Of a stretch of DNA of 64,000 nucleotides, positions 1 to 20,654 are shown piece by piece; position 1 is the stretch's first letter; each line of letters starts with the position of its first letter. Both the position numbers and the translations under genes were made by a program. The notes beneath the pieces are model-generated. The model was not told where the DNA came from, ran no database searches, and saw nothing but the letters and a program-made list of their open reading frames with translations. Source of the stretch: the human T2T-CHM13v2.0 reference genome, Homo sapiens; assembly GCF_009914755.1 (NCBI RefSeq), contig NC_060948.1; one strand, given 5' to 3'.

Positions 1-570
<570 letters not shown>

Positions 571-573
571 TAG

Positions 574-603
574 CTGGGACTACACCACACTGGGACTACA
601 CCA
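574..603. repeat. 16-bp-period tandem duplication inside the Alu (present in every unit)
   Basis: ctgggactacacca (574-587) + ca + ctgggactacacca (590-603). The Alu consensus has a single TGTAGTCCCAG here. Confidence 0.9.
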
Positions 604-673
604 GCTGCCACCATGCCTAGCTAATTTTTTGGATTTTTAGTAGTGACAGCGTTTCACTGTATTGGCCAGGATG

Positions 674-682
674 GTCTTGATC
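674..682 (-). promoter_or_regulatory. Alu Pol III B-box motif (representative copy; activity unknown)
   Basis: Minus strand GATCAAGAC fits GWTCRANNC. A-box-like TGGCTCAGGCC at 734-744 (minus). Confidence 0.45.
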
Positions 683-744
683 TCTTCACCTTGTGATCCC
701 CTTGCCTTGGCCTCCAAATTTGCTGGGATTACAGGCCTGAGCCA

Positions 745-1313
745 AGATCCATATTTTTTAAATGAAAAAAAATTTCAAAGGTACTCTGCTTGGTACAATA
801 ATCAAATGTATAAACTGAGGAATAAAACATAACCATGAAACCTACTTATAACTGCATATGGAAAATACAGAGGATAATTTTTTAAATAACATATTTTGAA
901 AGCCTTAACTAGTAATTTGAAGAGTTGGCATTTGAAAGGCCAGTATGAATATACCTTCAAATCAGCAACACAGGTTCCCCATGAGAAAAAGCAAACTCAG
1001 GGAAAATAAAACCACAAAGGTTCAATCTCTTCTGACCTTTGAAAGACACAGCACAGACAGTGGTCCTTAGGACGAAGAGCAGGAGACCCCTAATTCCGTC
1101 ACCATGGCGATAGGGCATAAACACTGCTGGGTGAGGGCACAATCCACATTGTGAGGTCCAACTGCTGCCAGGAAGACAGGAGTGCTTTTACATAGACCGA
1201 AAGGTCATTGAAGGCTCAGAGTTTTGTTTCAAGAACTGAATCCCAAGCCCACACGTTATTAGGCTGCGCTTCTTAAAACAAGTTATGAGATGGGAAAAAG
1301 GGCACCCACAAAC
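745..1313. repeat. HSATI segment of DYZ2, unit U1
   Basis: Complex ~570-bp non-Alu, non-TA segment directly beside the Alu head. Assigned by its position and size in the DYZ2 unit; boundaries approximate. Confidence 0.8.
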
Positions 1314-3161
<1,848 letters not shown>

Positions 3162-3730
3162 AGATCCATATTTTTTAAATGAAAAAAAATTTCAAAGGTA
3201 CTCTGCTTGGTACAATAATCAAATGTATAAACTGAGGAATAAAACATAACCATGAAACCTACTTATAACTGCATATGGAAAATACAGAGGATAATTTTTT
3301 AAATAACATATTTTGAAAGCCTTAACTAGTAATTTGAAGAGCTGGCATTTGAAAGGCCAGTATGAATATACCTTCAAAGCAGCAACACAGGTTCCCCATG
3401 AGAAAAAGCAAACACAGGGAAAATAAAAACACAAAGGTTCAATCTCTTCTGACCTTTGAAAGACACAGCACAGACAGTGGTCCTTAGGACGAAGAGCAGG
3501 AGACCCCTAATTCCGTCACCATGGCGATAGGGCATAAACATTGCTGGGTGAGGGCACAATCCACATTGTGAGGTCCAACTGCTGCCAGGAAGACAGGAGT
3601 GCTTTTACATAGACCGAAAGGTCATTGAAGGCTCAGAGTTTTGTTTCAAGAACTGAATCCCAAGCCCACACGTTATTAGGCTGCGCTTCTTAAAACAAGT
3701 TATGAGATGGGAAAAAGGGCACCCACAAAC
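3162..3730. repeat. HSATI, U2
   Basis: Copy of 745-1313. Confidence 0.8.
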
Positions 3731-5263
3731 ATACGTATACATTATGTATATAATAATATACAGTGTCATATATATAATATATATAACCTATGTATAATAT
3801 TGTTTTACATCCTGCATCTTATGTTATATATATTGTATAAAATATAATAATTGATAATATATAAGTTTTATATTTATACAATATGACATATAGTATATAT
3901 TATAATTTATGACATATATAATATATGTTATATATCATATATAGAATATATTATACGGTTAATATACGTATTAAATATAAATTATACATTATATATATTA
4001 TATATAATATATCTGTTATATATAATACCCGTTATGCATAATATATATATTATGTCTATGTTATATATAGTATAAAACAACATATAATAATATATAATTG
4101 TATATATAAAATGCGACATATAATATATATATTTTATAACATATGTAATATATATTATATATTATATATAATACGTTGTATGTATAATACCTATATTAAA
4201 TATATATTATATGACTATGTTATTAATTACATGTCACATGTGTTATATATTATATATTTTACATACAATATACCGGTTACATACAATATATACTATGTTA
4301 CCTATAATGTATAATTTATTACATGTAAAATAAAGAATGCAATATATTATGTAGAATTTATAATATACCATATGTGGAATGTGATATATATAACATATAA
4401 TATATGATATATGATATACAGTATATGATATATAACATACAATATATGATTCCTAATATATATGGTATACAATATATATTTTATGATATGTATTCTATAT
4501 GTTTTATATTCTGTTATATATAACTATTTGAAATTATATATAACTGTATAATATTTTATGTAAATATGTAATATAATATATATAACTATATAATATATTA
4601 TATATAACTATATATTATGTTATATATACTTTTATAACATAATTTGCATAAAATATCATAACATAATATATATTATATTATTTCATATTACATAATATAT
4701 ATTACATATCACCCAATATAACTAACATACATAATATTATAATATAGATTATATTGTGTTATATTAAATATCATATATATCATGTATCATATATTCTATA
4801 ATATATATTACACATTATATAATATGTATGTTGTCTATTATGTGATATATATAACTCTATATATAATTATATTTTTATACATATAACTAGATAAACATGT
4901 AATTCTACATAATTTCATTTATAATATGTAGAATTATATAATCATATTTAATTATTTATATTCTATAAAAAATTTTATCATTATATAAATTATAATATAT
5001 AAAAATTATAATATGTACTACAAATATATATATTATATATCATATATGATATAGTACCTTTGTTATATATCATAATACATATAAATGTGTATTATGTTAT
5101 CTATAATTATATAATTTCATATATAAGATGTATAATATGTATCATATATTATATATGTTATGTAATATATATAGTATATATAAGATGACACAGGATAAAT
5201 ATTATATACTATGACATATAAAATATATGAGGTTATATGTTACATATAAGGCATAGCACATAA

Positions 5264-5578
<315 letters not shown>

Positions 5579-6147
5579 AGATCCATATTTTTTAAATGAA
5601 AAAAAATTTCAAAGGTACTCTGCTTGGTACAATAATCAAATGTATAAACTGAGGAATAAAACATAACCATGAAACCTACTTATAACTGCATATGGAAAAT
5701 ACAGAGGATAATTTTTTAAATAACATATTTTGAAAGCCTTAACTAGTAATTTGAAGAGCTGGCATTTGAAAGGCCAGTATGAATATACCTTCAAAGCAGC
5801 AACACAGGTTCCCCATGAGAAAAAGCAAACACAGGGAAAATAAAAACACAAAGGTTCAATCTCTTCTGACCTTTGAAAGACACAGCACAGACAGTGGTCC
5901 TTAGGACGAAGAGCAGGAGACCCCTAATTCCGTCACCATGGCGATAGGGCATAAACATTGCTGGGTGAGGGCACAATCCACATTGTGAGGTCCAACTGCT
6001 GCCAGGAAGACAGGAGTGCTTTTACATAGACCGAAAGGTCATTGAAGGCTCAGAGTTTTGTTTCAAGAACTGAATCCCAAGCCCACACGTTATTAGGCTG
6101 CGCTTCTTAAAACAAGTTATGAGATGGGAAAAAGGGCACCCACAAAC
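5579..6147. repeat. HSATI, U3
   Basis: Copy of 745-1313. Confidence 0.8.
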
Positions 6148-7680
6148 ATACGTATACATTATGTATATAATAATATACAGTGTCATATATATAATATATA
6201 TAACCTATGTATAATATTGTTTTACATCCTGCATCTTATGTTATATATATTGTATAAAATATAATAATTGATAATATATAAGTTTTATATTTATACAATA
6301 TGACATATAGTATATATTATAATTTATGACATATATAATATATGTTATATATCATATATAGAATATATTATACGGTTAATATACGTATTAAATATAAATT
6401 ATACATTATATATATTATATATAATATATCTGTTATATATAATACCCGTTATGCATAATATATATATTATGTCTATGTTATATATAGTATAAAACAACAT
6501 ATAATAATATATAATTGTATATATAAAATGCGACATATAATATATATATTTTATAACATATGTAATATATATTATATATTATATATAATACGTTGTATGT
6601 ATAATACCTATATTAAATATATATTATATGACTATGTTATTAATTACATGTCACATGTGTTATATATTATATATTTTACATACAATATACCGGTTACATA
6701 CAATATATACTATGTTACCTATAATGTATAATTTATTACATGTAAAATAAAGAATGCAATATATTATGTAGAATTTATAATATACCATATGTGGAATGTG
6801 ATATATATAACATATAATATATGATATATGATATACAGTATATGATATATAACATACAATATATGATTCCTAATATATATGGTATACAATATATATTTTA
6901 TGATATGTATTCTATATGTTTTATATTCTGTTATATATAACTATTTGAAATTATATATAACTGTATAATATTTTATGTAAATATGTAATATAATATATAT
7001 AACTATATAATATATTATATATAACTATATATTATGTTATATATACTTTTATAACATAATTTGCATAAAATATCATAACATAATATATATTATATTATTT
7101 CATATTACATAATATATATTACATATCACCCAATATAACTAACATACATAATATTATAATATAGATTATATTGTGTTATATTAAATATCATATATATCAT
7201 GTATCATATATTCTATAATATATATTACACATTATATAATATGTATGTTGTCTATTATGTGATATATATAACTCTATATATAATTATATTTTTATACATA
7301 TAACTAGATAAACATGTAATTCTACATAATTTCATTTATAATATGTAGAATTATATAATCATATTTAATTATTTATATTCTATAAAAAATTTTATCATTA
7401 TATAAATTATAATATATAAAAATTATAATATGTACTACAAATATATATATTATATATCATATATGATATAGTACCTTTGTTATATATCATAATACATATA
7501 AATGTGTATTATGTTATCTATAATTATATAATTTCATATATAAGATGTATAATATGTATCATATATTATATATGTTATGTAATATATATAGTATATATAA
7601 GATGACACAGGATAAATATTATATACTATGACATATAAAATATATGAGGTTATATGTTACATATAAGGCATAGCACATAA

Positions 7681-7995
<315 letters not shown>

Positions 7996-8564
7996 AGATC
8001 CATATTTTTTAAATGAAAAAAAATTTCAAAGGTACTCTGCTTGGTACAATAATCAAATGTATAAACTGAGGAATAAAACATAACCATGAAACCTACTTAT
8101 AACTGCATATGGAAAATACAGAGGATAATTTTTTAAATAACATATTTTGAAAGCCTTAACTAGTAATTTGAAGAGTTGGCATTTGAAAGGCCAGTATGAA
8201 TATACCTTCAAATCAGCAACACAGGTTCCCCATGAGAAAAAGCAAACTCAGGGAAAATAAAACCACAAAGGTTCAATCTCTTCTGACCTTTGAAAGACAC
8301 AGCACAGACAGTGGTCCTTAGGACGAAGAGCAGGAGACCCCTAATTCCGTCACCATGGCGATAGGGCATAAACATTGCTGGGTGAGGGCACAATCCACAT
8401 TGTGAGGTCCAACTGCTGCCAGGAAGACAGGAGTGCTTTTACATAGACCGAAAGGTCATTGAAGGCTCAGAGTTTTGTTTCAAGAACTGAATCCCAAGCC
8501 CACACGTTATTAGGCTGCGCTTCTTAAAACAAGTTATGAGATGGGAAAAAGGGCACCCACAAAC
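7996..8564. repeat. HSATI, U4
   Basis: Copy of 745-1313. Confidence 0.8.
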
Positions 8565-10099
8565 ATACATATACATTATGTATATAATAATATACAGTGT
8601 CATATATATAATATATATAACCTATGTATAATATTGTTTTACATCCTACATCTTATGCTATATATATTGTATAAAATATAATAATTGATAATATATAACT
8701 TTTATAATTATACAATATGACATATAGTATATATTATAATTTATGACATATATAATATATGTTATATATCATATACAGAATATATTATACGGTTAATATA
8801 CGTATTAAATATAAATTATACATTATATATATTATATATAATATATCTGTTATATATAATACCCATTATGCATAATATATATATTATGTCTATGTTATAT
8901 ATAGTATAAAACAACATATAATAATATATAATTGTATATATAAATGCGACATATAATATATATTATATTTTATGACATATGTAATATATATTATATATTA
9001 TATATAATACGTTGTATGTATAATACCTATATTAAATATATATTATATGACTATGTTATTAATTACATGTCACATGTGTTATATATTATATATTTTACAT
9101 AGAATATACCGGTTACATACAATATATACCATGTTACCTATAATGTATAATTTATTACATGTAAAATAAAGAATGCAATATATTATGTATAATTTATAAT
9201 ATACAATATGTGGAATGTGATATATATAACATATAATATATGATATATGATATACAGTATATGATATATAACATACAATATATGATTCCTAATATATATG
9301 GTATACAATATATATTTTATGATATGTATTCTATATGTTTTATATTCTGTTATATATAACTATTTGAAATTATATATAACTGTATAATATTTTATGTAAA
9401 TATGTAATATAATATATATAACTATATAATATATTATATATAACTATATATTATGTTATATATACTTTTATAACATAATTTACATAAAGTATCATAATAT
9501 AATATATATTATATTATTTCATATTACATAATATATATTACATATCACCCAATATAACTAACATACATAATATTATAATATAGATTATATTATGTTATAT
9601 TAAATATCATAGATATCATGTATCATATATTCTATAATATATATTACACATTATATAATATGTATGTTGTCTATTATGTGATATATATAACTATATATAT
9701 AATTATATTTTTATACATATAACTAGATAAACATGTAATTCTACATATTTTCATTTATAATATGTAGAAGTATATAATCATATATAATTATTTATATTCT
9801 ATAAAAAAATTTATCATTATATAAATTATAATATATAAAAATTATAATATGTACTACAAATATATATATTATATATCATATATGATATAGTACCTTTGTT
9901 ATATATCATAATACATATAAATGTGTATTATGTTATCTATAATTATATAATTTCATATATAAGATGTATAATATGTATCATATATTATATATGTTATGTA
10001 ATATATATAGTATATATAAGATGACACAGGATAAATATTATATACTATGACATATAAAATATATCAGGTTATATGTTACATATAAGGCATAGCACATAA

Positions 10100-10414
<315 letters not shown>

Positions 10415-10983
10415 AGATCCATATTTTTTAAATGAAAAAAAATTTCAAAGGTACTCTGCTTGGTACAATAATCAAATGTATAAACTGAGGAATAAAACAT
10501 AACCATGATACCTACTTATAACTGCATATGGAAAATACAGAGGATAATTTTTTAAATAACATAGTTTGAAAGCCTTAACTAGTAATTTGAAGAGTTGGCA
10601 TTTGAAAGGCCAGTATGAATATACCTTCAAAGCAGCAACACAGGTTCCCCATGAGAAAAAGCAAACACAGGGAAAATAAAAACACAAAGGTTCAATCTCT
10701 TCTGACCTTTGAAAGACACAGCACAGACAGTGGTCCTTAGGACGAAGAGCAGGAGACCCCTAATTCCGTCACCATGGCGATAGGGCATAAACATTGCTGG
10801 GTGAGGGCACAATCCACATTGTGAGGTCCAACTGCTGCCAGGAAGAGAGGAGTGCTTTTATGTAGACCGAAAGGTCATTGAAGGCTCAGAGTTTTGTTTC
10901 AAGAACTGAATCCCAAGCCCACACGTTATTAGGCTGCGCTTCTTAAAACAAGTTATGAGATGGGAAAAAGGGCACCCACAAAC
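10415..10983. repeat. HSATI, U5
   Basis: Copy of 745-1313. Confidence 0.8.
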
Positions 10984-12538
10984 ATACGTATACATTATGT
11001 ATATAATAATATACAGTGTCATATATATAATATATATAACCTATGTATAATATTGTTTTACATCCTGCATCTTATGTTATATATATTGTATAAAATATAA
11101 TAATTGATAATATATAACTTTTATAATTATACAATATGACATATAGTATATATTATAATTTATGACATATATAATATATGTTATATATCATATACAGAAT
11201 ATATTATACGGTTAATATACGTATTAAATATAAATTATACATTATATATATTATATATAATATATCTGTTATATATAATACCCATTATGCATAATATATA
11301 TATTATGTCTATGTTATATATAGTATAAAACAACATATAATAATATATAATTGTATATATAAATGCGACATATAATATATATTATATTTTATGACATATG
11401 TAATATATATTATATATTATATATAATACGTTGTATGTATAATACCTATATTAAATATATATTATATGACTATGTTATTAATTACATGTCACATGTGTTA
11501 TATATTATATATTTTACATAGAATATACCGGTTACATACAATATATACCATGTTACCTATAATGTATAATTTATTACATGTAAAATAAAGAATGCAATAT
11601 ATTATGTATAATTTATAATATACAATATGTGGAATGTGATATATATAACATATAATATATGATATATGATATACAGTATATGATATATAACATACAATAT
11701 ATGATTCCTAATATATATGGTATACAATATATATTTTATGATATGTATTCTATATGTTTTATATTCTGTTATATATAACTATTTGAAATTATATATAACT
11801 GTATATTTTATGTAAATATGTAATATAATATATATAACTATATAATATATTATATATAACTATACATTATGTTATATATACTTTTATAACATAATTTACA
11901 TAAAATATCATAATATAATATATATTATATTATTTCATATTACATAATATATATTACATATCACCCAATATAACTAACATACATAATATTATAATATAGA
12001 TTATATTATGTTATATTAAATATCATATATATCATGTATCATATATTCTATAATATATATTACACATTATATAATATGTATGTTGTCTATTATGTGATAT
12101 ATATAACTATATATATAATTATATTTTTATACATATAACTAGATAAACATGTAATTCTACATATTTTCATTTATAATATGTAGAAGTATATAATCATATA
12201 TAATTATTTATATTCTATAAAAAATTTTATCATTATATAAATTATAATATATAAAAATTATAATATGTACTACAAATATATATATTATATATCATATATG
12301 ATATAGTACCTTTGTTATATATCATAATACATATAAATGTGTATTATGTTATCTATAATTATATAATTTCATATATAAGATGTATAATATGTATCATATA
12401 TTATATATGTTATGTAATATATATAGTATATATAAGATGACACAGGATAAATATTATATACTATGACATATAAAATATATCAGGTTATATGTTACATATA
12501 AGGCATAGCACATAACATGTTATATATATCATATATAA

Positions 12539-12830
12539 TTTTTTTTTAGACAGAATCTTGTCCTGTTGCACAGGGTGGGGTACAACGGCGCCATCTTTGC
12601 TCACTGCAACTTCTGCCTCACGGGTCCAAGCGATTGTCCTCCCTCAGCCTCCCAGGTAGCTGGGACTACACCACACTGGGACTACACCAGCTGCCACCAT
12701 GCCTAGCTAATTTTTTGGATTTTTAGTAGTGACAGCGTTTCACTGTATTGGCCAGGATGGTCTTGATCTCTTCACCTTGTGATCCCCTTGCCTTGGTCTC
12801 CAAATTTGCTGGGATTACAGGCCTGAGCCA
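12539..12830 (-). mobile_element. Alu in DYZ2 unit U6
   Basis: Copy of the U1 Alu. Confidence 0.95.
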
Positions 12831-13399
12831 AGATCCATATTTTTTAAATGAAAAAAAATTTCAAAGGTACTCTGCTTGGTACAATAATCAAATGTATAAA
12901 CTGAGGAATAAAACATAACCATGAAACCTACTTATAACTGCATATGGAAAATACAGAGGATAATTTTTTAAATAACATAGTTTGAAAGCCTTAACTAGTA
13001 ATTTGAAGAGTTGGCATTTGAAAGGCCAGTATGAATATACCTTCAAAGCAGCAACACAGGTTCCCCATGAGAAAAAGCAAACACAGGGAAAATAAAAACA
13101 CAAAGGTTCAATCTCTTCTGACCTTTGAAAGACACAGCACAGACAGTGGTCCTTAGGACGAAGAGCAGGAGACCCCTAATTCCGTCACCATGGCGATAGG
13201 GCATAAACATTGCTGGGTGAGGGCACAATCCACATTGTGAGGTCCAACTGCTGCCAGGAAGACAGGAGTGCTTTTACGTAGACCGAAAGGTCATTGAAGG
13301 CTCAGAGTTTTGTTTCAAGAACTGAATCCCAAGCCCACACGTTATTAGGCTGCGCTTCTTAAAACAAGTTATGAGATGGGAAAAAGGGCACCCACAAAC
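12831..13399. repeat. HSATI, U6
   Basis: Copy of 745-1313. Confidence 0.8.
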
Positions 13400-14957
13400 A
13401 TACGTATACATTATGTATATAATAATATACAGTGTCATATATATAATATATATAACCTATGTATAATATTGTTTTACATCCTGCATCTTATGTTATATAT
13501 ATTGTATAAAATATAATAATTGATAATATATAACTTTTATAATTATACAATATGACATATAGTATATATTATAATTTATGACATATATAATATATGTTAT
13601 ATATCATATACAGAATATATTATACGGTTAATATACGTATTAAATATAAATTATACATTATATATATTATATATAATATATCTGTTATATATAATACCCA
13701 TTATGCATAATATATATATTATGTCTATGTTATATATAGTATAAAACAACATATAATAATATATAATTGTATATATAAATGCGACATATAATATATATTA
13801 TATTTTATGACATATGTAATATATATTATATATTATATATAATACGTTGTATGTATAATACCTATATTAAATATATATTATATGACTATGTTATTAATTA
13901 CATGTCACATGTGTTATATATTATATATTTTACATAGAATATACCGGTTACATACAATATATACCATGTTACCTATAATGTATAATTTATTACATGTAAA
14001 ATAAAGAATGCAATATATTATGTATAATTTATAATATACAATATGTGGAATGTGATATATATAACATATAATATATGATATATGATATACAGTATATGAT
14101 ATATAACATACAATATATGATTCCTAATATATATGGTATACAATATATATTTTATGATATGTATTATATATGTTTTATATTCTGTTATATATAACTATTT
14201 GAAATTATATATAACTGTATAATATTTTATGTAAATATGTAATATAATATATATAACTATATAATATATTATATATAACTATATATTATGTTATATATAC
14301 TTTTATAACATAATTTACATAAAATATCATAATATAAGATATATTATATTATTTCATATTACATAATATATATTACATATCACCCAATATAACTAACATA
14401 CATAATATTATAATATAGATTATATTATGTTATATTAAATATCATATATATCATGTATCATATATTCTATAATATATATTACACATTATATAATATGTAT
14501 GTTGTCTATTATGTGATATATATAACTATATATATAATTATATTTTTATACATATAACTAGATAAACATGTAATTCTACATATTTTCATTTATAATATGT
14601 AGAAGTATATAATCATATATAATTATTTATATTCTATAAAAAATTTTATCATTATATAAATTATAATATATAAAAATTATAATATGTACTACAAATATAT
14701 ATATTATATATCATATATGATATAGTACCTTTGTTATATATCATAATACATATAAATGTGTATTATGTTATCTATAATTATATAATTTCATATATAAGAT
14801 ATATAATATGTATCATATATTATATACGTTATGTAATATATATAGTATATATAAGATGACACAGGATAAATATTATATACTATGACATATAAAATATATC
14901 AGGTTATATGTTACATATAACGCATAGCACATAACATGTAATATATATCATATATAA

Positions 14958-15249
14958 TTTTTTTTTAGACAGAATCTTGTCCTGTTGCACAGGGTGGGGT
15001 ACAATGGCGCCATCTTTGCTCACTACAACTTCTGCCTCAAGGGTCCAAGCGATTGTCCTCCCTCAGCCTCCCAGGTAGCTGGGACTACACCACACTGGGA
15101 CTACACCAGCTGCCACCATGCCTAGCTAATTATTTGGATTTTTAGTAGTGACAGCGTTTCACTGTATTGGCCAGGATGGTCTTGATCTCTTCACCTTGTG
15201 ATCCCCTTGACTTGGCCTCCAAATTTGCTGGGATTACAGGCCTGAGCCA
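14958..15249 (-). mobile_element. Alu in DYZ2 unit U7
   Basis: Copy of the U1 Alu. Confidence 0.95.
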
Positions 15250-15818
15250 AGATCCATATTTTTTAAATGAAAAAAAATTTCAAAGGTACTCTGCTTGGTA
15301 CAATAATCAAATGTATAAACTGAGGAATAAAACATAACCATGAAACTTACTTATAACTGCATATGGAAAATACAGAGGATAATTTTTTAAATAACATATT
15401 TTGAAAGCCTTAACTAGTAATTTGAAGAGCTGGCATTTGAAAGGCCAGTATGAATATACCTTCAAAGCAGCAACACAGGTTCCCCATGAGAAAAAGCAAA
15501 CACAGGGAAAATAAAAACACAAAGGTTCAATCTCTTCTGACCTTTGAAAGACACAGCACAGACAGTGATCCTTAGGACGAAGAGCAGGAGACCCCTAATT
15601 CCGTCACCATGGCGATAGGGCATAAACATTGCTGGGTGAGGGCACAATCCACATTGTGAGCTCCAACTGCTGCCAGGAAGACAGGAGTGCTTTTACATAG
15701 ACCGAAAGGTCATTGAAGGCTCAGAGTTTTGTTTCAAGAACTGAATCCCAAGCCCACACGTTATTAGGCTGCGCTTCTTAAAACAAGTTATGAGATGGGA
15801 AAAAGGGCACCCACAAAC
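15250..15818. repeat. HSATI, U7
   Basis: Copy of 745-1313. Confidence 0.8.
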
Positions 15819-17377
15819 ATACGTATACATTATGTATATAATAATATACAGTATCATATATAAAATATGTATAACCAATGTATAATATTGTTTTACATGC
15901 TGCATCTTATATTATATATATTGTATAAAATATAATAATTGATAATATATAAGTTTTATATTTATACAATATGACATATAGTATATATTATACTTTATGA
16001 CATATATAATATATGTTATATATCATATATAGAATATATTATACGGTTAATATACGTATTAAATATAAATTATACGTTATATATATTATATAAAATATAT
16101 CTGTTATATATAATACCCATTATGCATAATATATATATTATGTCTATGTTATATATAGTATAAAACAACATATAATAATATATAATTGTATATATAAAAT
16201 GCGACATATAATATATATTATATTTTATGACATATGTAATATATATTATATATTATATATAATACGTTGTATGTATAATACCTATATTAAATATATATTA
16301 TATGACTATGTTATTAATTACATGTCACATATGTTATATATTATATATTTTATATAGAATATACCGGTTACATACAATATATACTATGTTACCTATAATG
16401 TATAATTGATTACATGTAAAATAAAGAATGCAATATATTATGTATAATTTATAATATACAATATGTGGAATGTGATATATATAACATATAATATATGATA
16501 TATGATATACAGTATATGATATATAACATACAATATATGATACCTAATATATATGGTATACAATATATATTTTAAGTTATGTATTCTATATGTTTTATAT
16601 TCTGTTATATATAACTATTTGAAATTATATATAACTGTATAATATTTTATGTAAATATGTAATATAATATATATAACTATATAATATATTATATATAACT
16701 ATATATTATGTTATATATAGTTTTATAACATAATTTACATAAAATGTCATAATATAATATATATTATATTATTTCACATTACATAATATATATTACATAT
16801 CACCCAATATAAGTAACATACATAATATTATAATATAGATTATATTATGTTATATTAAATATCATATATATCATGTATCATATATTCTATAATATATATT
16901 ACACATTATATAATATGTATGTTGTCTATTTTGTGATATATAAAACTATATATATAATTATATTATTATACATATAACTAGATAAACATGTAATTATACA
17001 TATTTTCATTTGTAATATATAGAATTATATAATCATATATAATTATTTATATTCTATAAAAAATTATATCATTATATAAATTATAATATAAAAAAATTAT
17101 AATATGTACTACAAATATATATATTATATATCATATATGATATAGTACCTTTGTTATATATCATAATACATATAAATGTGTATTATGTTATCTATAATTA
17201 TATAATTTCATATGTAAGATGTATAATATGTATTATATATTCTCTATGTTATGTAATATATATAGTATATGTAAGCTGACACAGGATAAATATTATATAC
17301 TATGACATATAAAATATATGAGGTTATATGTTACATATAAGGCATAGCACATAACATGTAATATATATCATATATAA

Positions 17378-17669
<292 letters not shown>

Positions 17670-18238
17670 AGATCCATATTTTGTAAATGAAAAAAAATTT
17701 CAAACGTACTCTGCTTGGTACAATAATGAAATGTATAAACTGAGGAATAAAACATAACCATGAAACCTACTTATAACTGCATATGGAAAATACAGAGGAT
17801 AATTTTTTAAATAACATATTTTGAAAGCCTTAACTAGTAATTTGAAGAGTTGGCATTTGAAAGGCCAGTATGAATATACCTTCAAAGCAGCAACACAGGT
17901 TCACCATGAGAAACAGCAAACTCAGGGAAAATAAAACCACAAAGGTTCAAGCTCTTCTGACCTTTGAAAGACACAGCACAGACAGTGGTCCTTAGGACGA
18001 AGAGCAGGAGACCCCTAATTCCGTCACCATGGCGATAGGGCATAAACATTGCTGGGTGAGGGCACAATCCACATTGTGAGGTCCAACTGCTGCCAGGAAG
18101 ACAGGAGTGCTTTTACATAGACCGAAAGGTCATTGAAGGCTCAGAGTTTTGTTTCAAGAACTGAATCCCAAGCCCACACGTTATTAGGCTGCGCTTCTTA
18201 AAACAAGTTATGAGATGGGAAAAAGGGCACCCACAAAC
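17670..18238. repeat. HSATI, U8
   Basis: Copy of 745-1313. Confidence 0.8.
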
Positions 18239-19764
18239 ATACGTATACATTATGTATATAATAATATACAGTATCATATATATAATATATATAACCTATG
18301 TATAATATTGTTTTACATCCTGCATCTTATATAATATATATTGTCTAAAATATAATAATTGATAATATATAAGTTTTATATTTATACAATATAACATATA
18401 GTATATATTATAATTTATGACATATATAATATATGTTATATATCATATATAGAATATATTATACGGTTAATATACGTATTAAATATAAATTATACATTAT
18501 ATATATTATATATAATATATCTTTTATATATAATACCTATTATGCATAATATGTATATTATGTCTATGTTATATATAGTATAAAACAACATATAATAATA
18601 TATAATTGTATATATAAAATGCGACATATAATATATATTATATTTTATGACATATGTAATATATATTATATATTATATATAATACGTTGTATGTATAATA
18701 CCTATATTAAATATATATTATATGACTATGTTATTAATTACATGTCACATGTGTTATATATTATATATTTTACATAGAATATACCGGTTACATACAATAT
18801 ATACTATGTTACCTATAATGTATAATTGATTACATGTAAAATAAGGAATGCAATATATTATGTATAATTTATAATATACAATATGTGGAATGTTATATAT
18901 ATAACATATAATATATGATATATGATATACAGTATATGATATATAACATAAAATATATGATACCTAGTATATATGGTATACAATATATATTTTATGATAT
19001 GTATTCTATATGTTTTATATTCTGTTATATATAACTATTTGAAATTATATATAACTGTATAATATTTTATGTAAATATGTAATATAATATATATAACTAT
19101 ATAATATATTATATATAACTATATATTATGTTATATATACTTTTATATCATAATTTACATAAAATGTCATAATATAATATATATTATATTATTTCATATT
19201 ACATAATATATATTACATATCACCCAATATAAGTAACATACATAATATTATAATATAGATTATATTATGTTATGTTAAATATCATATATATCATGTATCA
19301 TATATTCTATAATATATATTATACATTATATAATATGTATGTTGATTATTATGTGATATATATAACTATATATTATTATATTATTATACATATAACTAGA
19401 TAAACATGTAATTCTACATATTTTCATTTATAATATATAGAATAATATAATCATATATAATTATTTATATTCTATAAAAAATTATATCATTATATAAATT
19501 ATAATATAAAAAAATATAATATGTACTACAAATATATATATTATATATCATATATGATATAGTACCTTTGTTATATATCATAATACATATAAATGTGTAG
19601 TATGTTATCTATAATTATATAATTTCATATATAAGATGTATAATATGTATTATATATTGTATATGTTATGTAATATATATAGTATATATAAGCTGACACA
19701 GGATAAATATTATATACTAGGACATATAAAATATATGAGGTTATATGTTACATATAAGGCATAG

Positions 19765-20085
<321 letters not shown>

Positions 20086-20654
20086 AGATCCATATTTTTT
20101 AAATGAAAAAAAATTTCAAAGGTACTCTGCTTGGTACAATAATCAAATGTATAAACTGAGGAATAAAACATAACCATGAAACCTACTTATAACTGCATAT
20201 GGAAAATACAGAGGATAATTTTTTAAATAACATATTTTGAAAGCCTTAACTAGTAATTTGAAGAGTTGGCATTTGTAAGGCCAGTATGAATATACCTTCA
20301 AAGCAGCAACACAGGTTCCCCATGAGAAAAAGCAAACTCAGGGAAAATAAAACCACAAAGGTTCAATCTCTTCTGACCTTTGAAAGACACAGCACAGACA
20401 GTGGTCCTTAGGACGAAGAGCAGGAGACCCCTAATTCCGTCACCATGGCGATAGGGCATAAACATTGCTGGGTGAGGGCACAATCCACATTGTGAGGTCC
20501 AACTGCTGCCAGGAAGACAGGAGTGCTTTTACATAGACCGAAAGGTCATTGAAGTCTCAGAGTTTTGTTTCAAGAACTGAATCCCAAGCCCACACGTTAT
20601 TAGCCTGCGCTTCTTAAAACAAGTTATGAGATGGGAAAAAGGGCACCCACAAAC
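20086..20654. repeat. HSATI, U9
   Basis: Copy of 745-1313. Confidence 0.8.

Noticed and set aside
821-1010. AATAAA hexamers and abundant TATA-like motifs
   Set aside because: Expected by chance in AT-rich DNA; no associated gene structure.
957-1142. Recurrent 61-aa minus-strand ORF (MCPHPAMF...) in nearly every unit
   Set aside because: It lies in HSATI, starts at a non-ATG codon (TTG) and resembles no protein I recognise. Its recurrence just reflects repeat identity. It is frameshifted in U12 and U14, and substitutions frequently change amino acids.
3219-3434. 71-aa ORF family (MCFYFPCV...) and 70-aa family (MQDVKQYY...)
   Set aside because: Present only where a single SNP removes a stop codon; no coding signal.
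4111-4314. Ile/Tyr-rich ORFs (4111, 6528, 23589, 30848, 47771, 50191, 55030, 57343)
   Set aside because: Translations of TA-rich low-complexity DNA (ATA/TAT codons).
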